Assembly (NCBI GenBank): GCA_043228905.1
Contig: JBHGNT010000005.1
Span: forward strand, 19,096,001-19,160,000
Direction of reading: 5' to 3'
Source: Azolla caroliniana
Taxonomy: Eukaryota > Plantae > Polypodiophyta
DNA: 64,000 nucleotides
Below the pieces are notes generated by a model. That model worked only from the letters and a program-made list of their open reading frames with translations. It was not told the DNA's origin and ran no database searches. Positions 59,760-64,000 of the stretch are shown in pieces. Position numbers and translations under genes: made by a program. Each line of letters opens with the position of its first letter. The stretch's first letter is position 1.

Positions 59760-60410
59760 TATCTGAATGATTCATACTTATTTGTTGATATGCGAGGTTA
59801 TGGATTCAAGCCTCTCACATGACCCTTCTTTTCATATTGTGAAACAATGTCGATGTCCCATACCACCGAGTTCAGACATGGACTGTACATTGGGGTTGAA
59901 GAAGGAGGAGGATCACATGTATGATGTTAAAGTTTTGCAACACTATTAGAGTCTCTATTAAAAATAATAAAGATTATTCCCATCATCAAGGTAGATGGCC
60001 TTCTTATATAGGCTCAAACTCTAGGCCCTTTTCTATTTCACACTTGACTACTTCATTATAAGCGGTGAACAAATGAAACACTCTAACATTATCTCCCACG
60101 AGAAGATTAAGAATAACTCAATCATTACCTTCATTCCTTATGAATTAACCTACAGTTAACCCTAAGGTTAGAGACTTACGATTATGGTTATGCTTATATA
60201 ACATACTCCCCCTCTCTAGAATATTGCACTCTTGCAACGAAAAGTTTGGGAAGTTGGTTTTAAGAGTATTTTCTTGCTTTGAGGGAGCATATTAGATAGA
60301 ATTATCCATCCATTTAAACTATCAAATATGCTTAGAACATAAGCGTTTAGTTAAAAAGTTGGGAATTCTTTTTTGTCGTGCGAGGTTTAGATGCTCGATT
60401 CTCAAAGTAA
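59760..60410 (-). mobile_element. Gypsy (chromovirus-like) 3' end: decayed chromodomain, PPT, LTR
   Basis: - strand TKRL.SK....KWMD.....ENTLKTNFPNF, then AGAGAGGGGGAGTA and TGTTAT (LTR start at 60203). The far LTR end is uncertain. Confidence 0.55.
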
Positions 60411-60424
60411 CCAAGTTTTTTCCC

Positions 60425-60775
60425 CTCATTAGGACTGGACTTGTGTTGTTCATTTCTGACCAACAATGTCCAAGGTAAAGAAAAAACCGACAATAACAAA
60501 CGATACATCTCGGACCACCCGATACAAAAAAAGGCTATTTGGTTCCATTGTTTCTTTCCATTAGGATCGAACTCGTGTCATTGATTTCTGACCAGCACCG
60601 GGCAAAGGTAAGAGAAAAGACCCTGGCAACAAAGAGACGCACATATCAGAGCACCCAATACAAAAAAAAGAAGGTTATTCAGTTGGTTGTTTCGATAATT
60701 AGGGTTGAGCTCGTGGGCCATGGCCATTCATTTCCGAGCAAACAATAGCTAGGGTGAAGAAGGACCGAGAACTTA
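60425..60775. repeat. Degenerate ~132-138-bp tandem repeat (about 2.6 units)
   Basis: Units anchored by ATTAGG...TCGTG...ATTTC.GA..A at ~60428, ~60560 and ~60698; the first two share CACCC.ATACAAAAAAA. Confidence 0.65.
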
Positions 60776-60949
60776 GAAGAGCAGACCTGACCTGATAAAA
60801 GCCCTCCCCCCAATGGTCATACAATTGTGGCCCCCAAGAGTGTTAACAACACATATAGAGAGAAGGAAGAAGAAGGAAGAAGAAGCCTTCATTCATTCAT
60901 CATACATTCATTACATAATTCATCGCTTCACTTTTGGCCCCCAACAAAT

Positions 60950-61183
60950 TTTCAAATCCGCTCAAATTCGCGCCTTCAAACACTCAGAAAAACACACAGA
61001 GAACGCAGACGATCGACGATCGACGATCGACCGAGCCGCGAAGACGAAGACGAAGACGCAGACAGAGAGACGCAGACGCAGGGGGGAATAGAGACAGGTA
61101 CGCTCCCCTGATCTTTAGCTCTCTCTCTGTCTCTTTCCATGCCATCCCTTTTAGTTCCTAGAGTATTGCAGAAATTGGTCTCT

Positions 61184-61247
<64 letters not shown>

Positions 61248-62960
61248 CTGCAGAACGCGGACGTTTTTTTTTTCTGAAGCCACTCGCTGGGAATTCTGCA
61301 GAATTGCAGAGGCCGAAAACGGAGGTAAAAGAAGAAGAAGAAGAAGAAGAAGAAGAAGAAGAAGAAGAAGAAGAAGAAGAAGAAGAAGAAGAAGGAAATA
61401 ATTGCCTTCTTCTCCACTCCTGCTCACGTCTTCCATTTCAAGCCTTTTCCTCAATGATCTACCGTAAAGAGGTTATTTCCTGGAATAAGTTAAGGATTGG
61501 GATTTGCAGAAAGACAGAAAGAGGAAAAGAAGGAGAATAGAGGAGAAAGAGGAGACGTTTCCTGAAGCAAAATTATTTTAAGCCATACATAAATGCAAAG
61601 ACAGAGACACAAAGGCAAAAGAAGAGAGAGGAAGGCAGAAGATAGACACTACTTCATACAGGTACATCTTCAGATCTTTCAATTTGAGCGTCTTTTGTGA
61701 TGCAGTGAATTGACTGAATTGTTTTGGTTATGACTCTTCGTGCATCATGGCCGTAGACATTCTCATTTGAGGGTGTCTGCTTTCAGATTTATGTCCTCAG
61801 ACAAACGAATTTACGATTTACTGATGTTAGAATAAATCAATTCCGCTTTAGGGTTTGGATGATGTGTATTTGGAGAGGTAGTATACAAATCTCTGTCCTG
61901 GTGTGTTGATTGGTTTTTGGAGAAAGGAAGAAATGCTAGCACCTCTTAAGATACAAAATGACTTGTGAGATTGAAGGCGAGATACAGCTGAAAACATTGT
62001 CCTGTCTCAGAGAACAAACTAAAATAAATATATGTTAAGTAGTAAAACTGCATATGATACCAAATATGCTCGTTAGCTAAGAATATAACACTGTTACGTT
62101 AGATGGATCGAGACACATGAGTTGATCCATGATAGAGAGTCCTCCAAAGCAAGCATCTTAGTTGTCAGATGATAATGGTCTAGATCTGTCAATAAAACGT
62201 GTGATAGGACTGTGGTCTCAGATGAAAATGGCTTATGTATATAACATAATTGCTATTGCCCAATTTATTGTAACCCCGTTTGAAATGTTGTGGTTGAGAC
62301 TCTAGTTCTGTAGCACATGATTGACGTGTAGCATGTGAGGGGGTGCGGTGATGGTTCTAAGGAAATTGTGAGTGTTCTGTGCTGTTGTGTGGGTTTTTTG
62401 ACATAATTTTGGCCTTCAGCAACATTTCTCTTGTGAACGTGTTAAGATGTGTTTGGAGGGAAAGTTTGAAAGAAAATATAACTTTCTGTTTGATATTGCA
62501 ATGGGCCTTTCATAGCCACCATTTCAGAAGAAGAGTCCTAGCTCTTAACAGAGACCAAAAGTATCACTTGTTTTCATGCAGGAAATATGGAAGCTGGTGT
62601 TCATTTCGAACCTTATGTGTGCATTCTGGGACATGTCAGTTCATGCACCTAGAGAAAGGAGTAGTTTTAGCCACAAAGTTTCCCAGCATATCTATGTGCA
62701 AGATCATTGAACTGGACTGCTGTTTCTGGAAAGGTATGTTCTCCGTCCAATGATGGAACAAAACCCTAAACCTTGGGGTTTAGTTGTTAATTTTAAATCT
62801 CTTTCTGAGTTGTTAAAATCTGTTTCTTGGGAGAGTCGGAAAAGAAAACATGCAAGCTGTTGACGTTTTTGTGGCATTGTTCATAAAATTGCAGATTCTC
62901 CCATAGTGACACTGTATATTCTGGGTTGTGAATTCTTGATCTGCTGTGAGAAATAAGGTT
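60950..62960 (+). promoter_or_regulatory. Putative spliced 5' leader of the coiled-coil gene
   Basis: CpG-retaining, GA-rich region with candidate GT-AG introns 61098-61171, 61662-62581 and 62734-62894 upstream of ATG 62961. The TSS position is approximate. Confidence 0.5.
61184..61394. repeat. (GA)n and (GAA)n microsatellites in the putative 5' leader
   Basis: (GA)n at ~61191-61244 and (GAA)n at ~61330-61394. Confidence 0.95.
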
Positions 62961-64000
62961 ATGGATTCTGAAGCCGAAAACCTTTGCTGTGAAACTACCT
63001 GCACTGCTGCTATGGAGAACAGGGAGAATATGGATGTGGAAGGAGGATTTATTCCTCTTGGAGAGGAACACCATCACATTAATAATGAATCCAAAAGGAT
63101 GCTCTTGCAAGATTTAGATCGATCCCAGGATAAAGTGAAAGCATTAGAAGAGCTCAACAAAAGAATTTCGCAGACTCTCAAGTCAGAGGAGATGGCCTGG
63201 AAGAATGAGAAAGATGAACTTCTGAATCTTTTGGCCAGCTGTGAAAACAATCTAAATGAGGTGACAGAGAAAGCAAAAGGGCTTACAGAAAAGCTTTCGA
63301 GGGCTGAATGTGCTGTGGAACACCTGACAAAATCCAAGGAGAAACTTGTGGAAAACGCTTCTAAAAGGGAAATGGAGATGCAACAACTTGTTGATAGGCT
63401 CACAGAAGCAGAGTTTGCTCTTCAGGAGAAGATTTCAAAAGAAACATCAGCATTGAAAGATTCATTACTGGAGAAGGACAAGGTGATCATGAATTTGAAA
63501 GCCCAAAGAGCTCACATAGATAAAGAACATAATGAGATGGATTCTGTGATTCAAGAGCTTCAAGAATTTAAGTCAATTGTAGATGACCTCAGGAATATGC
63601 TGGATCAAGAGCAGAAAAAGTTTACATCTCTGGAAAACCTTAGGAAAAGGGACATAGAACGATTCACCCAACAAGAGATGAGTTGGAAGAATGAAAGAGA
63701 GGAAATTGTCAGAAATTTAAGTAATTTGCATGATGATCTAAGTTTAAAGGAAGATCATGTGCAACAACTCAAGGATAAACTTTCATTTGCTGAAGATGCA
63801 ATGAAGCATATGACAGAGTCCAAGTCTTCTCTTATAAGTGAAGTCTCCAAGCTCAAAACAGAGATGCAACAAACTTACTTGCAACTGAAAGCTGCAGAAT
63901 CCACCATTGAATCACTAGAGAAATCAAAAGAGAATGATGCACGTTTCTCATCAGAACTCCTGGATGTGAAAACAAGAGAGATAGAAGCTTTACACCATGA
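62961..64000 (+). CDS. Long coiled-coil protein of unknown family (3' end beyond the window)
   Basis: ATG at 62961 follows an in-frame TGA at 62937. The frame MDSEAENLCCETTCTAAMENRENMDVEGG... stays open to the window end, which is why it is missing from the ORF track. It is E/K/L/Q-rich heptad-like sequence with an internal repeat EMAWKNE (63189) / EMSWKNE (63675). Confidence 0.8.
   Translation, partial: MDSEAENLCCETTCTAAMENRENMDVEGGFIPLGEEHHHINNESKRMLLQDLDRSQDKVKALEELNKRISQTLKSEEMAWKNEKDELLNLLASCENNLNEVTEKAKGLTEKLSRAECAVEHLTKSKEKLVENASKREMEMQQLVDRLTEAEFALQEKISKETSALKDSLLEKDKVIMNLKAQRAHIDKEHNEMDSVIQELQEFKSIVDDLRNMLDQEQKKFTSLENLRKRDIERFTQQEMSWKNEREEIVRNLSNLHDDLSLKEDHVQQLKDKLSFAEDAMKHMTESKSSLISEVSKLKTEMQQTYLQLKAAESTIESLEKSKENDARFSSELLDVKTREIEALHH

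Noticed and set aside
61139-61540. ORFs with poly-ER/poly-E, and antisense poly-F/poly-L/SL
   Set aside because: These are translations of (GA)n and (GAA)n microsatellites, which lack stops in several frames.
62379-62753. 124-aa + strand ORF as the N-terminus of the coiled-coil protein
   Set aside because: It has a non-ATG start, crosses splice signals, and cannot be joined in frame past the TGA at 62937.
63074-63403. 109-aa - strand ORF and other short antisense ORFs over exons (e.g. 6121-6312, 7301-7513, 16072-16290)
   Set aside because: They are shadows of real coding exons on the opposite strand.

Overview
Nuclear DNA of a land plant with flagellated sperm (most likely a fern or lycophyte; inferred, not proven). 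There are three host genes. (1) The 3' ~3,170 codons (47 visible exons, + strand, 1092-38808) of an intact single-headed inner-arm axonemal dynein heavy chain; its last 24 codons plus 3'UTR are tandemly triplicated. (2) A complete 11-exon EXECUTER (EX1/EX2-like) gene on the - strand (53541-43886). (3) The start of a long coiled-coil protein gene (+, ATG 62961, open to the window end) with a 162-aa internal repeat. The long introns are packed with fragments of one non-LTR retrotransposon family (about 20 3' tails counted by eye). It is RTEX/L2-CR1-like rather than typical plant L1, ends in a stem-loop plus (TTTC)n, nests into its own copies, is absent from the intergenic DNA here, and encodes a conserved canonical PCNA-binding PIP box at its C-terminus. 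Intergenic DNA instead holds L1, Copia, Gypsy, MULE and MITE relics. Several medium-sized introns carry antisense, splice-site-bounded exon relics, one with a KDZ/Zisupton-like CxHG motif (weak). All calls come from manual reading; no searches were run.
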